This document shows positions 1 to 10,163 of a stretch of DNA of 50,157 bases, one piece after another. The notes under the pieces were generated by a model. The model did no database searches and was not told the origin of the DNA. It saw only the letters and a program-made list of their open reading frames with translations. Both the position numbers and the translations under genes were made by a program. The stretch comes from Bacteroidota bacterium (GTDB taxonomy: Bacteria > Bacteroidota > Bacteroidia > NS11-12g > UBA955): positions 1-50,157 of the forward strand of contig JAURIG010000003.1 in assembly GCA_030832905.1 (NCBI GenBank). Reading direction: 5' to 3'. Positions within the stretch are counted from its first letter, which is position 1; every line of letters starts with the position of its first letter.

Positions 1-456
1 TCGACCAGGATTTAAGGCAGACAAAACCCCTAAACCTATACCTAATATTAATGCAACCCCCATTGAAAAAAAAGCCAGTACCACTGACCCTAAAAAAGCT
101 TCAGACAACATTTCTGAAACGGCACGCTTACTTTGATAACTGGTTCTTAAGTAGGGCAACTTAAGCATACAGGTGCTTTGTCCTATAGACATGCCTATGC
201 CTTGGTATTGTGGTTTAATATCGGAACTGATAATAATGGGCGACAAATCTTTGAGGTATAAAATGAATTGTTCAGACTTGGGCAAATCTAAACCCATGTC
301 TTTTCTCATAGCCGCTTTGGTGGCAGCATCTGCTCGTTGGCCTGCTGTTATTTCTTCAGCGGAAGGGAACAACATGAATAAGGTAAAAATCAAAAGCACC
401 ACACCCATTAACACAGACAAGGCACTTAAACATTTTATACCAATCAATCGCATCAT
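1..456 (-). CDS. DppB/OppB-family ABC transporter permease (5' part, runs off the window)
   Basis: Not in the ORF track. Hand translation from ATG at 456, which overlaps the DoxX stop as ATGA: MMRLIGIKCLSALSVLMGVVLLIFTLFMLFP...GQRADAATKAAMRKDMGLDLPKSEQFILYLKDL...YLRTSYQSKRAVSEML, a typical DppB N-terminus. Open to base 1. Confidence 0.8.
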   Translation of the reverse strand, partial: MMRLIGIKCLSALSVLMGVVLLIFTLFMLFPSAEEITAGQRADAATKAAMRKDMGLDLPKSEQFILYLKDLSPIIISSDIKPQYQGIGMSIGQSTCMLKLPYLRTSYQSKRAVSEMLSEAFLGSVVLAFFSMGVALILGIGLGVLSALNPGR

Positions 457-2009
457 TGGCGCTTCATCAATTGTTTGAGTTTTGAAAAGGCTGGCACACT
501 TCTACAACTCCATTTGTCTATGATCACACCTTTGTGCCAAAACATAATGCCCGGATTAGATCTTACCATTGTTTTTAACAAGGTTTCATCGGCATTATTA
601 AACTTAAATGGCAATTGGTGTTCATTCACAAAAGCATCTGCTTCATCGAGTGGAGAAGCGGTAACGGCGTATACAGCCATCCCAGACTTCAATGCCTCTT
701 GACTCATTTGTTGAATCGCCTTCCATGAAGCTTCGTGTGATTTTTCTAAATGCGTTACGACAATTAACACAGCATATCTTTGACTGTTTAGCAAAGAATC
801 TTTGATCTGAACATCGTTGTCTGGTCTTTGAATAAAATCAAAATCATGTATTTTAGATTTCCAGGCAGGAATAATCACTTTATCCACTCTGTTCACATAG
901 GTCCATGAGCTGTCTGGCATATTAGGATAAACAAAAGAATCCACTTGATTCTGTTTGGAATACACAAACACCATAACAGTTGAATCTTTAGCGCGTTCGC
1001 CTTTAGGCACTTCCATCATTTGTTTGATGTTGTTACCGATCTTGTAAGGTAAAAAATCCCAAGCTGGCAAAAACATGTTACAATAAATTGTAAAGATAAG
1101 CGAAGCCAAAGTCGCCACTATCATGGCATTGATACTGAACAAAGGCGAAAACAGAGGCACAATTTGTTTGTGCTTGAATACAATGATCAAAATAAAGAAC
1201 AAGAGTATAATGTCCTTATAAAACGAATGCCAAGGTTTAAGTTTTATAAAATCACCAAAACAACCACAGTCAGTTACCTTATTATAATAAGCACTGTACC
1301 AAGTTAAGAAGGTAAAGAATACAATGACTGCCAACAACAAGTAACTGGTCCATTTCGATTGCCAGCCAATCAACAAAGCAAAACCCAAAACCACTTCAAG
1401 CACACACATGAAAATAGATAAAGACAAAGCATAAGGCTTCATCCCTCTAAAAAAACCAACCCAGAAACTATCTTGATTGACAAATTCATAAACAGCCACG
1501 CGTTCAGAAACTTCATGTTTACTCGTATTAGAAATGGTAAAGGACCAATTTTTATTTAGGCCTTTTGCATCTTTTTGATACTGTTTTGAAGTACTTAAAA
1601 AAATCTGAATGACCGGCAAATAAGATGCAGAATCAATTGTAACACCCTTTTCTAATGGATAAAACATATTGAACAAGACTGTACCATTTTTCAGCACGAA
1701 AATTTCAGAACCATAAGTTGAATCCTCATCACCCTCAAATAATTCCATTCTTGGGGTTGACTGATTGAATTCAATGCTCACAAAACTATCTCTGCTATTG
1801 AACGTGTTTTCAAAACGTTCATCGGAACCAAAATTATCTACAACATGAATGCTCAAAGTGTCTTGTGGCGACTGAAAACTAGACGCAAACACGTCAAAAT
1901 ACTCATTAAATTTTATGCCTGTACCTTTAGGGTCATTGCTTTTAATGATCCCTGAAAAAATAAATAAGCAAGCAACTAAGATTCTTGAAATGTTGGTCAA
2001 TAGTTTCAT
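453..2009 (-). CDS. DoxX/MauE-family membrane protein (BT_3928-like) with C-terminal thioredoxin-like region
   Basis: N-terminal FIFSGIIKSNDPKG, VTDCGCFGDFIKL motif, TM helices, C-terminal KTMVRSNPG. Adjacent to DUF1599/folP as usual in Bacteroidota. Confidence 0.85.
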   Translation of the reverse strand: MKLLTNISRILVACLFIFSGIIKSNDPKGTGIKFNEYFDVFASSFQSPQDTLSIHVVDNFGSDERFENTFNSRDSFVSIEFNQSTPRMELFEGDEDSTYGSEIFVLKNGTVLFNMFYPLEKGVTIDSASYLPVIQIFLSTSKQYQKDAKGLNKNWSFTISNTSKHEVSERVAVYEFVNQDSFWVGFFRGMKPYALSLSIFMCVLEVVLGFALLIGWQSKWTSYLLLAVIVFFTFLTWYSAYYNKVTDCGCFGDFIKLKPWHSFYKDIILLFFILIIVFKHKQIVPLFSPLFSINAMIVATLASLIFTIYCNMFLPAWDFLPYKIGNNIKQMMEVPKGERAKDSTVMVFVYSKQNQVDSFVYPNMPDSSWTYVNRVDKVIIPAWKSKIHDFDFIQRPDNDVQIKDSLLNSQRYAVLIVVTHLEKSHEASWKAIQQMSQEALKSGMAVYAVTASPLDEADAFVNEHQLPFKFNNADETLLKTMVRSNPGIMFWHKGVIIDKWSCRSVPAFSKLKQLMKRQ

Positions 2010-2014
2010 AGTGT

Positions 2015-2557
2015 TTAATCTTGTTTTTGGTGAATGGTAATCAAGGCAAAAATGGCGTAATTCATCATGTCTTGGTAATTGGCGTCTATCCCTTCGCTCA
2101 CAATAGTGGCGCCGGCATTGTCTTCGATTTGTTTGGTTCTATTGATTTTCATCAATATTAAATCGGTAAAGCTGCTAATGCGCATTTCTCTCCATGCCTC
2201 GCCATAATCATGGTTCTTTTTGATCATGAGTTGTCTGGTGGCTTCGAGTTCATGGTCATACAAATCCATAATCTCTTTAACAGATTTGGTTTCTGTTTGA
2301 CCATAATACTTCAATTGCATTAGGCCTATAATGGCATAGTTGTAAATACCAATGAATTCATCTTCAATCCCCTCTCCAACTTTTGTAACGCCTTTTTCTT
2401 CAAGACTGCGAATTCTAAGCGCTTTAATCATGATTTGATCGGTCACACTTTTAGGTCTAAGTATGCGCCAAGAATCACCATAATCTGTGTTTTTTTTCTC
2501 AAACAGATCTCTGCATTGCTTGATTTCTTGATTGTATTGTTGAAGCGTTATTTCCAC
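2015..2557 (-). CDS. DUF1599 domain protein
   Basis: Two internal repeats, KKNTDYGDSWR and KKNHDYGEAWR. Confidence 0.85.
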   Translation of the reverse strand: MEITLQQYNQEIKQCRDLFEKKNTDYGDSWRILRPKSVTDQIMIKALRIRSLEEKGVTKVGEGIEDEFIGIYNYAIIGLMQLKYYGQTETKSVKEIMDLYDHELEATRQLMIKKNHDYGEAWREMRISSFTDLILMKINRTKQIEDNAGATIVSEGIDANYQDMMNYAIFALITIHQKQD

Positions 2558-2574
2558 GATTAGCCGTTAATGTT

Positions 2575-2582
2575 TACATTTG
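2575..2582 (+). promoter_or_regulatory. Bacteroidota sigma-A -7 box (TACATTTG) for folP
   Basis: Matches TAnnTTTG, 12 nt before the likely ATG at 2595. Confidence 0.55.
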
Positions 2583-2594
2583 CAAATATATCCA

Positions 2595-3446
2595 ATGTTG
2601 TCAGAATACAAACCCCTTTCAATTAAAATAAACCACAAACTACACACCATTGACCAAGCCTGGATAATGGGTATAGTGAATACGGGAATGGATTCTTTTT
2701 ACGATGGTGGCAAATACCATACCATTGATGCCGCTTTGCAATTATGCGAAAAACACATTACTGAAGGGGCTAAAATCATTGACATCGGCGGGCAAAGCAG
2801 CAAACCGGGCGTTCAATTTGCTAGCACAGAAACTGAAATCACAGCCACCGCCCCTGTGATTGAGGCCATCAAGAAGCGATTTCCAAATACGATTGTCAGC
2901 ATTGATACTTTTAGATCTGAAGTGGCCTATGCAGCGATTAATGCTGGTGTAGACATCATCAATGATATCAGTGCAGGAGACGATGATCCTCAAATGCTAG
3001 ACTTAGTAGCTCAACATCAAATGACTTACATTGCTATGCACAAAAAAGGGGTTTCTAGCACTATGCAAGAGCACCCACAATACGAGAATGTGAGCCAAGC
3101 AGTATTTGATTATTTCAAAAACAAAACCAAGCAGTTTAAAGAGAAAGGCATTGATAATTACATCTTAGACCCAGGGTTTGGCTTTGGCAAAACACTTGAG
3201 CACAATTACCAATTGTTTAATCACTGGCCTAAATTAATGGCTTTTAATGCCCCTGTTTTGATTGGGGTATCTAGAAAAAGCATGGTATACAAATTACTTG
3301 AAACCACTGCAGAACATGCCCTCAACGGCAGTTCAGTTTTGCACAGCATAGCCCTTTTACAAGGCGCACATATACTAAGGGTACACGATGTCGCCCCTGC
3401 TCAGGAATGTTTGAAACTGATTCAACAGTTGAGAAATACAGTATAA
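2595..3446 (+). CDS. folP: Dihydropteroate synthase
   Basis: IMGIVN..DSFYDGG, IDIGGQSSKPG, SIDTF, DPGFGFGK, GVSRKS and LRVHDV motifs. Start moved to ATG 2595. Confidence 0.95.
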   Translation: MLSEYKPLSIKINHKLHTIDQAWIMGIVNTGMDSFYDGGKYHTIDAALQLCEKHITEGAKIIDIGGQSSKPGVQFASTETEITATAPVIEAIKKRFPNTIVSIDTFRSEVAYAAINAGVDIINDISAGDDDPQMLDLVAQHQMTYIAMHKKGVSSTMQEHPQYENVSQAVFDYFKNKTKQFKEKGIDNYILDPGFGFGKTLEHNYQLFNHWPKLMAFNAPVLIGVSRKSMVYKLLETTAEHALNGSSVLHSIALLQGAHILRVHDVAPAQECLKLIQQLRNTV

Positions 3447-3464
3447 AAAACTTAAATTTGTTGT

Positions 3465-4298
3465 ATGAATATGAATGCGATCATAGAAGCTTTTAAACAC
3501 CTTGATCCTACCATGCAAGCACTCTTAGCCACAACCTTTACTTGGTTTTTAACGGCTTTGGGCGCCAGCGTCGTATTAGTATTCAAAGACATGAGCCGCA
3601 AATGGCTTGATTGCCTATTAGGATTTACCGGTGGTGTGATGGTGGCTGCCAGTTTTTGGAGCCTATTAACGCCAGCCATTGAAATGTCAGCTGAACAATA
3701 CTCCAAAGCTTGGTCATGGGTACCTGCTGCAGTGGGCTTTATCACTGGCGCAGGTTTTATTTACATCATTGATAAAATCATCCCCCATTTGCACATCCAT
3801 GCTGAAATGGAAGAAAAAGAGGGCTTGAAAACCACTTGGAACAGAACCATTTTGTTGGTACTGGCCATTACCATGCACAACATCCCTGAAGGTTTGGCCA
3901 TAGGCGTATCATTTGGCGCAGTGGCCATGGGAGACCCTCATTTTACTTTAGCGGCAGCAGTCGCTTTAACCATAGGTATAGGCATACAAAATTTTCCGGA
4001 AGGCATAGCTGTAGCAATGCCCTTAAGGCGCCAAGGCATTAGTCCATTAAAAAGTTTTTGGTGGGGCCAATTAAGCGCTATTGTAGAACCTGTAGCTGGC
4101 GTGATTGGTGCTGTAGCAGTTATCTATGCGCAACCGATTCTACCTTATGCGTTATCTTTTGCTGCAGGTGCAATGTTATATGTAGTGGTAGAAGAAGTGA
4201 TTCCAGAAACACAAAGAGATAAGTACGCTGACTTTGCCACTATGGGCTTTGTGCTTGGCTTTGTGATCATGATGGCCCTTGATGTGGGCCTTGGTTAA
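3465..4298 (+). CDS. ZIP/ZupT (GufA) family divalent metal transporter
   Basis: HNIPEGLAIG and IQNFPEG metal motifs, PHLH loop, about 8 TM segments. Confidence 0.9.
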   Translation: MNMNAIIEAFKHLDPTMQALLATTFTWFLTALGASVVLVFKDMSRKWLDCLLGFTGGVMVAASFWSLLTPAIEMSAEQYSKAWSWVPAAVGFITGAGFIYIIDKIIPHLHIHAEMEEKEGLKTTWNRTILLVLAITMHNIPEGLAIGVSFGAVAMGDPHFTLAAAVALTIGIGIQNFPEGIAVAMPLRRQGISPLKSFWWGQLSAIVEPVAGVIGAVAVIYAQPILPYALSFAAGAMLYVVVEEVIPETQRDKYADFATMGFVLGFVIMMALDVGLG

Positions 4299-5623
4299 GC
4301 CTCGCTTTGAGTATCTTGAAACACTATTCCCAAACTACTCAATTCTTTTAAGACTGGTTCGTATATCGATGGGCACATCGGTGCCATAACCCCTCTTTCT
4401 TGAAAGGCTTTTTCGAGGATTAATTTAACCCCAATAGCCAAAGGCAATCCGACTGTTTTAGCCATAGCCGTTCTATGAGCATCTTCTCCTTTTAACACCA
4501 AACTGCTGTAATGATGATAAGCTTTACCATGAAGAGTATATGCCACATCGTGCAGCATAACCACGAGGTCTTTATCTGTTGCTCTCAAGGCCCATTTTTG
4601 GACCAAAATGGCTTCTAAAATATCTGCTGCACTGCCTTGTAATTTAGGCAAGGGCTGATCAGACAAACAACCAATGTACAACAATTGCTTGCACATAAGC
4701 TCATCACCATGAACAAAATTCAACAAGTCCGTTTCTGTTTGTATTGACCAATTGGCCACCTGATGATAGAAATCTCGCAATTTTGAATTGGGGGCAAATG
4801 CATAAATCTTATTGGTATCAGTCAACCCTAAATCTATGAGGGTACTCCAAGCTTTGCAATAGCCCGGTTTTCTAAAAGTGCCTCTTAACAAATCAGTTAC
4901 ATCATCGAGCCCATAAAGGGTTTTATAAGAGACTGAATCCCTGTTGGCATAAGCTTCTAACAAGCCATAACCTGGCACCTCTATTAATTGTATGGTCTTA
5001 AAAACAGCCTGATAGCTTAATGCCTTTTGTTGATGATCTTGTAAGTACAGGGCCTCTCCTCCTTGAGCTGCCAATATCACATTTCTAGGATTCCATGAAA
5101 ATTTATACCGCCAAGGATTATCGCCGTCATCTTCATCTGCAACCAAGCCGCCACAATAACTTTTGAAGCCGGTAATTTTTCCACCTTTTTGTTTAATCTG
5201 ATCAAACAAATGCATGGCACTGATATGGTCTATGCCAGGATCCAAACCCATTTCATTCAAAAAAATCAAATCCTGTTGTTTGACTGCCGCATCCATGGCT
5301 TTCATTTCTGGAGAAATATAAGAGGCAGTAGCCAAATGGGTCTTGTGTTTCAAACAGAGTTTAGCCACTTGAATGTGCAAAAAGGCCGGCAACAATGACA
5401 CCACCACTTGAGCCGATTGGATATATGGCTCAATGGCTGACTCATTTTGTATAGATAACTGTAAATATTGAATCCCTGTTAAATGGCTTAAACTGTGTTC
5501 TATGGCACTGGTATTTTGATCACAGACTAAAATTTGATACGAATGACTTTGGGCATACTGGTGTAAATACTCAATCAAATACAAACTTGAGCGCCCGGCA
5601 CCTATTACAAGTATCTTGTTCAC
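4295..5623 (-). CDS. Saccharopine dehydrogenase family protein
   Basis: ILVIGAGRS Rossmann motif, EMGLDPGIDH, SYCGGL, YKFSWNP, TAMAKTVGLP. Likely GTG start at 5623. Confidence 0.9.
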   Translation of the reverse strand: MNKILVIGAGRSSLYLIEYLHQYAQSHSYQILVCDQNTSAIEHSLSHLTGIQYLQLSIQNESAIEPYIQSAQVVVSLLPAFLHIQVAKLCLKHKTHLATASYISPEMKAMDAAVKQQDLIFLNEMGLDPGIDHISAMHLFDQIKQKGGKITGFKSYCGGLVADEDDGDNPWRYKFSWNPRNVILAAQGGEALYLQDHQQKALSYQAVFKTIQLIEVPGYGLLEAYANRDSVSYKTLYGLDDVTDLLRGTFRKPGYCKAWSTLIDLGLTDTNKIYAFAPNSKLRDFYHQVANWSIQTETDLLNFVHGDELMCKQLLYIGCLSDQPLPKLQGSAADILEAILVQKWALRATDKDLVVMLHDVAYTLHGKAYHHYSSLVLKGEDAHRTAMAKTVGLPLAIGVKLILEKAFQERGVMAPMCPSIYEPVLKELSSLGIVFQDTQSEA

Positions 5624-5726
5624 ACAACGAATATACTGCCTTTCGGTTGAATTCATAAAATTCTCTGATCAATATCAGCCATGCTTGAGAACAAGTTTTG
5701 TGTTTAATTGTTAATATTGCAGACGT

Positions 5727-7061
5727 ATGAAAGAAAAAATTGCCATCATTGGGGGCGGATTAAGTGGATCATTATTGGCCATTTGCCTAGCTAAAAGAGG
5801 ATTTACTGTAGACCTTTTTGAAAGAAGAGGCGACATTAGAAAAGGACAAGCAGAAGCAGGCAGATCCATCAACTTAGCCCTTTCTACCAGAGGCATTGAC
5901 GCTTTAGAAAAAGTAGGCTTAGCAGACAAAGTACTCAACGATGCCATTCCAATGAATGGTAGAATGATGCACAGCACTCAAGGGGAATTGACTTACCAAC
6001 CATATGGCAAACAAGGCCAATACATTAATTCTGTTTCAAGGTCTTTATTGAATATTAAATTGTTAGAATTAGCTGATGCTTATGAGAATGTCAATTTGTA
6101 TTTTAAACACAAGTGCACCGATGTTAATTTAAACACCAACACAGCTGTGCTTGTAGACGAAAACAGCAACAGCAAAACCATCACAGCTGATATCATTTTT
6201 GGCTCAGATGGTGCTTGGTCAGCGGTGAGAAATGAAATGCAAAAAACCAATCGTTTCACTTATTCTCAAACCTATGAAAACTATGGTTATAAAGAATTGG
6301 AAATTGTACCAGGACCAAACAGCAGCTTTCAAATAGAAGAAAACGCTTTACACATTTGGCCAAGAGGCGAGTTCATGATGATTGCTTTGCCAAATCCTGG
6401 CGGCAACTTTACTTGCACGCTTTTCTTACCTTACGAAGGGCCTAATAGTTTTGAAACTTTAAAAACAGATGAAACAGTTGAAGCCTTCTTTAAACAGTAT
6501 TTTGCTGATGCGATTAGCTTGATGCCAAACTATATCGAAGACTTTAAAACCAATCCAACTGGCAGCTTAGCCACCATTCGCTGCAACCCATGGGTACACA
6601 AACACTTTGCCCTTATCGGCGATGCTGCTCACGGTGTCATTCCATTTTACGGACAAGGTATGAATTGCAGTTTTGAAGATGTTAAAGAGCTTGACGAAAT
6701 CATTGAAGCACATTACCCAAATTGGGATAACATCTTACAATTATACCAAGAGGCCCGCATTAAAAACGCCAATGCCATTGCTGATTTGGCTTGTAAAAAC
6801 TTTGTTGAAATGAGAGACTTGGTGGGCAGACCAGAATTCATGCGCTTCAAAAAAATAGAACATGATTTGTGTGAATACTATCCAGACTTATACAAGAGTC
6901 AATACGAGTTGGTGTCGTTTGCAAAAACGTCTTACAAATATGCTCAAGACATGGGGTATAAAAACGAAGCTTTGATTGCCCATATCATGCAAAATAATTT
7001 AGACAAAGACCTTCAAAATGCTGAACGCATCAAGCCTTTAATTCAACAATACATCGCTTAA
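5727..7061 (+). CDS. kmo: Kynurenine 3-monooxygenase
   Basis: GGGLSG FAD motif, GRSINLALSTRG, ALHIWPRG.FMMIALPN, IGDAAH.VIPFYGQGMN. Confidence 0.92.
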   Translation: MKEKIAIIGGGLSGSLLAICLAKRGFTVDLFERRGDIRKGQAEAGRSINLALSTRGIDALEKVGLADKVLNDAIPMNGRMMHSTQGELTYQPYGKQGQYINSVSRSLLNIKLLELADAYENVNLYFKHKCTDVNLNTNTAVLVDENSNSKTITADIIFGSDGAWSAVRNEMQKTNRFTYSQTYENYGYKELEIVPGPNSSFQIEENALHIWPRGEFMMIALPNPGGNFTCTLFLPYEGPNSFETLKTDETVEAFFKQYFADAISLMPNYIEDFKTNPTGSLATIRCNPWVHKHFALIGDAAHGVIPFYGQGMNCSFEDVKELDEIIEAHYPNWDNILQLYQEARIKNANAIADLACKNFVEMRDLVGRPEFMRFKKIEHDLCEYYPDLYKSQYELVSFAKTSYKYAQDMGYKNEALIAHIMQNNLDKDLQNAERIKPLIQQYIA

Positions 7062-7062
7062 A

Positions 7063-7827
7063 CTAGAGGGCCGCCATAACGCCGTCCCAAAGGGCTCTTC
7101 GGCTTTCTAACGCTCTAATAACATAGCGCTCTGCTTCCGCCCATTTTAATGGGTCATTCCCGCATAAATCTTCCGTCATAGCAATTGCTAAATGGCTGTG
7201 GTGATCGCCATCCACTTCAATATGTCTTTCTAAATAGTATTTAAAGACCGCTAATTGATTCGGTAATTTCTCTGACAAATCTTTAACCAAGGCCATGAAC
7301 ATTTCTGGAATAAGGTCTTCGCGACCAAATGTAAACACAGCTGCAATCACATGCGGTTTTTGGCTATTGACCACTTCAAACGTAAAACTCAAAAAAGACT
7401 TAACCGACTCGGGAATATTGGATTCAGACAAGGCCTGATCAAAAGATTTACCGGTTTGTATTGCTTGCATCAAGGCATGAACAGCAGAGGCATCTGCGCC
7501 CACTTGTTGCATGGCTTTAAGATACAATTCAAAATGACTCATTCTCTGACCCTGCTCATCAACATCAGATTCTTCTCCAACAACAATTTCATTGATTAAA
7601 AATCTGGTATTGGCATTGCCAACTGGCCTCCAAGGCAAGCTGGTGCAGGTTAAATGGATTTGTAAGGCTTTTAAAAGTGACATGAAATCCCAAACAGCAA
7701 ACACGTGGTGTTGCATGAGTTTTTGAATATCTTCAAGGCTTTGAACCCTATTGTACAAAGGGTGCTGAACAACGGTTTGTCTGACGGATTGTATATTGTC
7801 TTGTAAGTGTTTAATTTCTGGTGTCAT
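7063..7827 (-). CDS. DUF3050 heme-oxygenase-like protein
   Basis: HVFAVWDFMSLLK, INEIVVGEESD, SHFELY, YYLERHIEVDGDHH. Confidence 0.88.
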   Translation of the reverse strand: MTPEIKHLQDNIQSVRQTVVQHPLYNRVQSLEDIQKLMQHHVFAVWDFMSLLKALQIHLTCTSLPWRPVGNANTRFLINEIVVGEESDVDEQGQRMSHFELYLKAMQQVGADASAVHALMQAIQTGKSFDQALSESNIPESVKSFLSFTFEVVNSQKPHVIAAVFTFGREDLIPEMFMALVKDLSEKLPNQLAVFKYYLERHIEVDGDHHSHLAIAMTEDLCGNDPLKWAEAERYVIRALESRRALWDGVMAAL

Positions 7828-7860
7828 CTGAATTTTGGAACAAAAATAACCCGCATTTGT

Positions 7861-9084
7861 TCAATACAAAGTCTTGATTTTGTCAAAAAAATCTGGAAAA
7901 GATTTGGAGACATCTTCTATGGCATCTAATTGCACTTGACCAATAAAAGCCAATACACTACATGCCATGATTATGCGGTGATCATTAAACGCTTTCACTT
8001 GAAACAATGGATTAGGATTAACCCCATGCGTGACTTTCAAAGTTTGCGCATCTGCAGACAACTCATAGCTTAAACCATAGGGCGCTAAGTTGCTGAGCAT
8101 TGCCTGCAAGCGATTGCTTTCTTTGTGTATCTGATGGGCCAAACCCGAAAACACAACTTGCCTTTGACTAACTGCGCACAAGGCCAACAAGACTGGAAAA
8201 AGATCTGGCGTTGAAGTCAAATCAAAATGCAACAAAGTCGATTCGATAGCAGCGCCTTGGGTTTTGAACACTTTTAAGCCAACTGGTGAATCAGCGCAAT
8301 GTACACCCCAAGCTTTCATGTATTGAGCAATAACGGCATCCCCTTGAGCTGAACTTAAAGATAAATTTGGCAAGCTAATTTCAGCCTGCTCAGATAAGGC
8401 AGCCCAGGCTAAAACAAAAGTTGCTGAACTCCAATCAGCCTCTATGGTTTTGGGCAAGTCATCAGCAAACAGATTTCTGGCAGAGACTTGAATTTGCTCT
8501 GGCTTTATTGGTTCTATTTTGGCTACAGACTTTAAGCACTGTTGAGTTAATTTGGTATAGCTTGATGAAACCGCTTGTCCAATACAGTTAATGACAAGTC
8601 CATGCTCGAAATAAGGCGCAATCAAGAGCAAAGCACTTAAAAACTGGCTGCTCTCATGCAACTCAATTTGAGTGGTTGTGGCTTGCCGATTAACCGCCTT
8701 TTTAACCCTCAATGGCAATTGATAAGCTTGCTCCAAAAACTCAAACTCAGCGCCCAAAATTTCCAGAGATTTCAACAAGGCTTTAATTGGTCTTTCAGAC
8801 AAACGCTTACTCCCCAATATGACCCCATCAATACCTTTAAAAGCGGCATAGGCCAAAAACAACCTTAAGGGAGTGCCGGCATCTTTAAAATCGTATTCGG
8901 TTGATTGATGACTCAGGTGTTGATGCAAACATTTAACATCATTGCTCCAAGCGGCATCATAGGGATATAAAGCCTGCCCCTGCAAAGCTTGTAAAATCAA
9001 TAAACGATTGGCAATACTCTTAGATACAGGCAAGTTCAAACTTCCCTTTAATCGAATAGATGGTATTGGTCCTAAGCTGTACAT
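7861..9084 (-). CDS. aroA: 3-phosphoshikimate 1-carboxyvinyltransferase (EPSP synthase)
   Basis: SKSIANR, DAGT..R, RPI, SSQFLSALL, KESNR, DHRI.M, KSFPDF. Likely ATG at 9084, just after a TATCTTTG box at 9092-9099 (-). Confidence 0.9.
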   Translation of the reverse strand: MYSLGPIPSIRLKGSLNLPVSKSIANRLLILQALQGQALYPYDAAWSNDVKCLHQHLSHQSTEYDFKDAGTPLRLFLAYAAFKGIDGVILGSKRLSERPIKALLKSLEILGAEFEFLEQAYQLPLRVKKAVNRQATTTQIELHESSQFLSALLLIAPYFEHGLVINCIGQAVSSSYTKLTQQCLKSVAKIEPIKPEQIQVSARNLFADDLPKTIEADWSSATFVLAWAALSEQAEISLPNLSLSSAQGDAVIAQYMKAWGVHCADSPVGLKVFKTQGAAIESTLLHFDLTSTPDLFPVLLALCAVSQRQVVFSGLAHQIHKESNRLQAMLSNLAPYGLSYELSADAQTLKVTHGVNPNPLFQVKAFNDHRIIMACSVLAFIGQVQLDAIEDVSKSFPDFFDKIKTLY

Positions 9085-9167
9085 GCAATCACAAAGATAA
9101 AGCAAATCAAGACTGCAGCAGCAAGCCAAACGCATTTGTTAAAAAATATGTATTTTCGCATGTGAGC

Positions 9168-10163
9168 ATGAAGACAATAGGCATAATTGGGAATGGCAGT
9201 TGGGCAACCGCTTTAATCAAAATTCTTTGCAACAACGCGCATTCTAAATCCATCACATGGTGCATGCGATCCGATGCAGATGTTGAATTCATTCAACAAT
9301 ACGGCCACAATCCAAGGTATTTGAGCGATGTCATGATTGACCTCAAAACAGTTCAACTTTGCACTGACATTAACGCTTGCATACAAAACAATGACATCAT
9401 TTTATTGGCAGTGCCCTCAGCCTTTGTGCATGATACTTTAAAAGATTTGCCTAAAGATTGCTTCAAAAACAAAACCTTGATTTCTGCGGTGAAGGGGGTT
9501 ATTCCAGCAACCCATCAAATCATGAGTCATTATTTTGAAAGTGAATGGCAAATGGACGCTAAACAAATTGCTGCCGTGAGCGGCCCCTGCCATGCTGAAG
9601 AGGTGGCTATGGAAAAACTGAGTTATCTCACCATTGCCTCAACTGATCAGAGCACAGCAGACAACATTGCTCAATTATTTGACTGCCATTATATATTAAC
9701 CAAAACCACTAATGATATTTACGGCATTGAATACGCCGCAGTTTTGAAAAATGTATACGCTATTGCTTGTGGCATATGCCATGGCTTAGGGTATGGCGAC
9801 AACTTTCAATCGGTATTGGTCTCGGCTGCATCAAGAGAAACCGAACGCTTCATTGACGCCAGTCATGAAATCCACCGCGACGTTAAAGAGAATGCCTATT
9901 TAGGCGATTTATTAGTGACTGCTTACTCTCAATTCAGTCGCAACAGAACTTTTGGCAACATGCTGGGCAAAGGCTACACTGTAAAAAGCGCACAAATGGA
10001 GATGAACATGGTTGCTGAAGGGTATTATGCCACCAAAACCATGAAAGAAATCAATGACAGCATTCAGGCCTACACCCCTATTTTAAATGCGGTTTACAGC
10101 ATCATTTACGAAAAAGCCAATGCCAAAAACACCATGGCCAAATTGACCCAAGAATTGATATAA
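9168..10163 (+). CDS. gpsA: NAD(P)H-dependent glycerol-3-phosphate dehydrogenase
   Basis: IGNGSWATAL, SGPCHAEEV, LKNVYAI, YLGDLLVT.YS..SRNR. Start at ATG 9168. Confidence 0.93.
   Translation: MKTIGIIGNGSWATALIKILCNNAHSKSITWCMRSDADVEFIQQYGHNPRYLSDVMIDLKTVQLCTDINACIQNNDIILLAVPSAFVHDTLKDLPKDCFKNKTLISAVKGVIPATHQIMSHYFESEWQMDAKQIAAVSGPCHAEEVAMEKLSYLTIASTDQSTADNIAQLFDCHYILTKTTNDIYGIEYAAVLKNVYAIACGICHGLGYGDNFQSVLVSAASRETERFIDASHEIHRDVKENAYLGDLLVTAYSQFSRNRTFGNMLGKGYTVKSAQMEMNMVAEGYYATKTMKEINDSIQAYTPILNAVYSIIYEKANAKNTMAKLTQELI

Noticed and set aside
173-478. 101-aa plus-strand ORF and the many other 60-110 aa ORFs nested in larger genes
   Set aside because: These are antisense or alternate-frame shadows of well-supported genes, with no recognisable motifs.
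5727-7061. Eukaryote-like kynurenine monooxygenase or saccharopine dehydrogenase as recent inter-domain transfer
   Set aside because: Both are well known in Bacteroidota, and their composition matches neighbouring genes.
7861-9135. aroA as a degenerate pseudogene because it is divergent and slightly short
   Set aside because: All main substrate-binding motifs are present in one frame. The ORF-track N-terminal extension is just an upstream alternative start.
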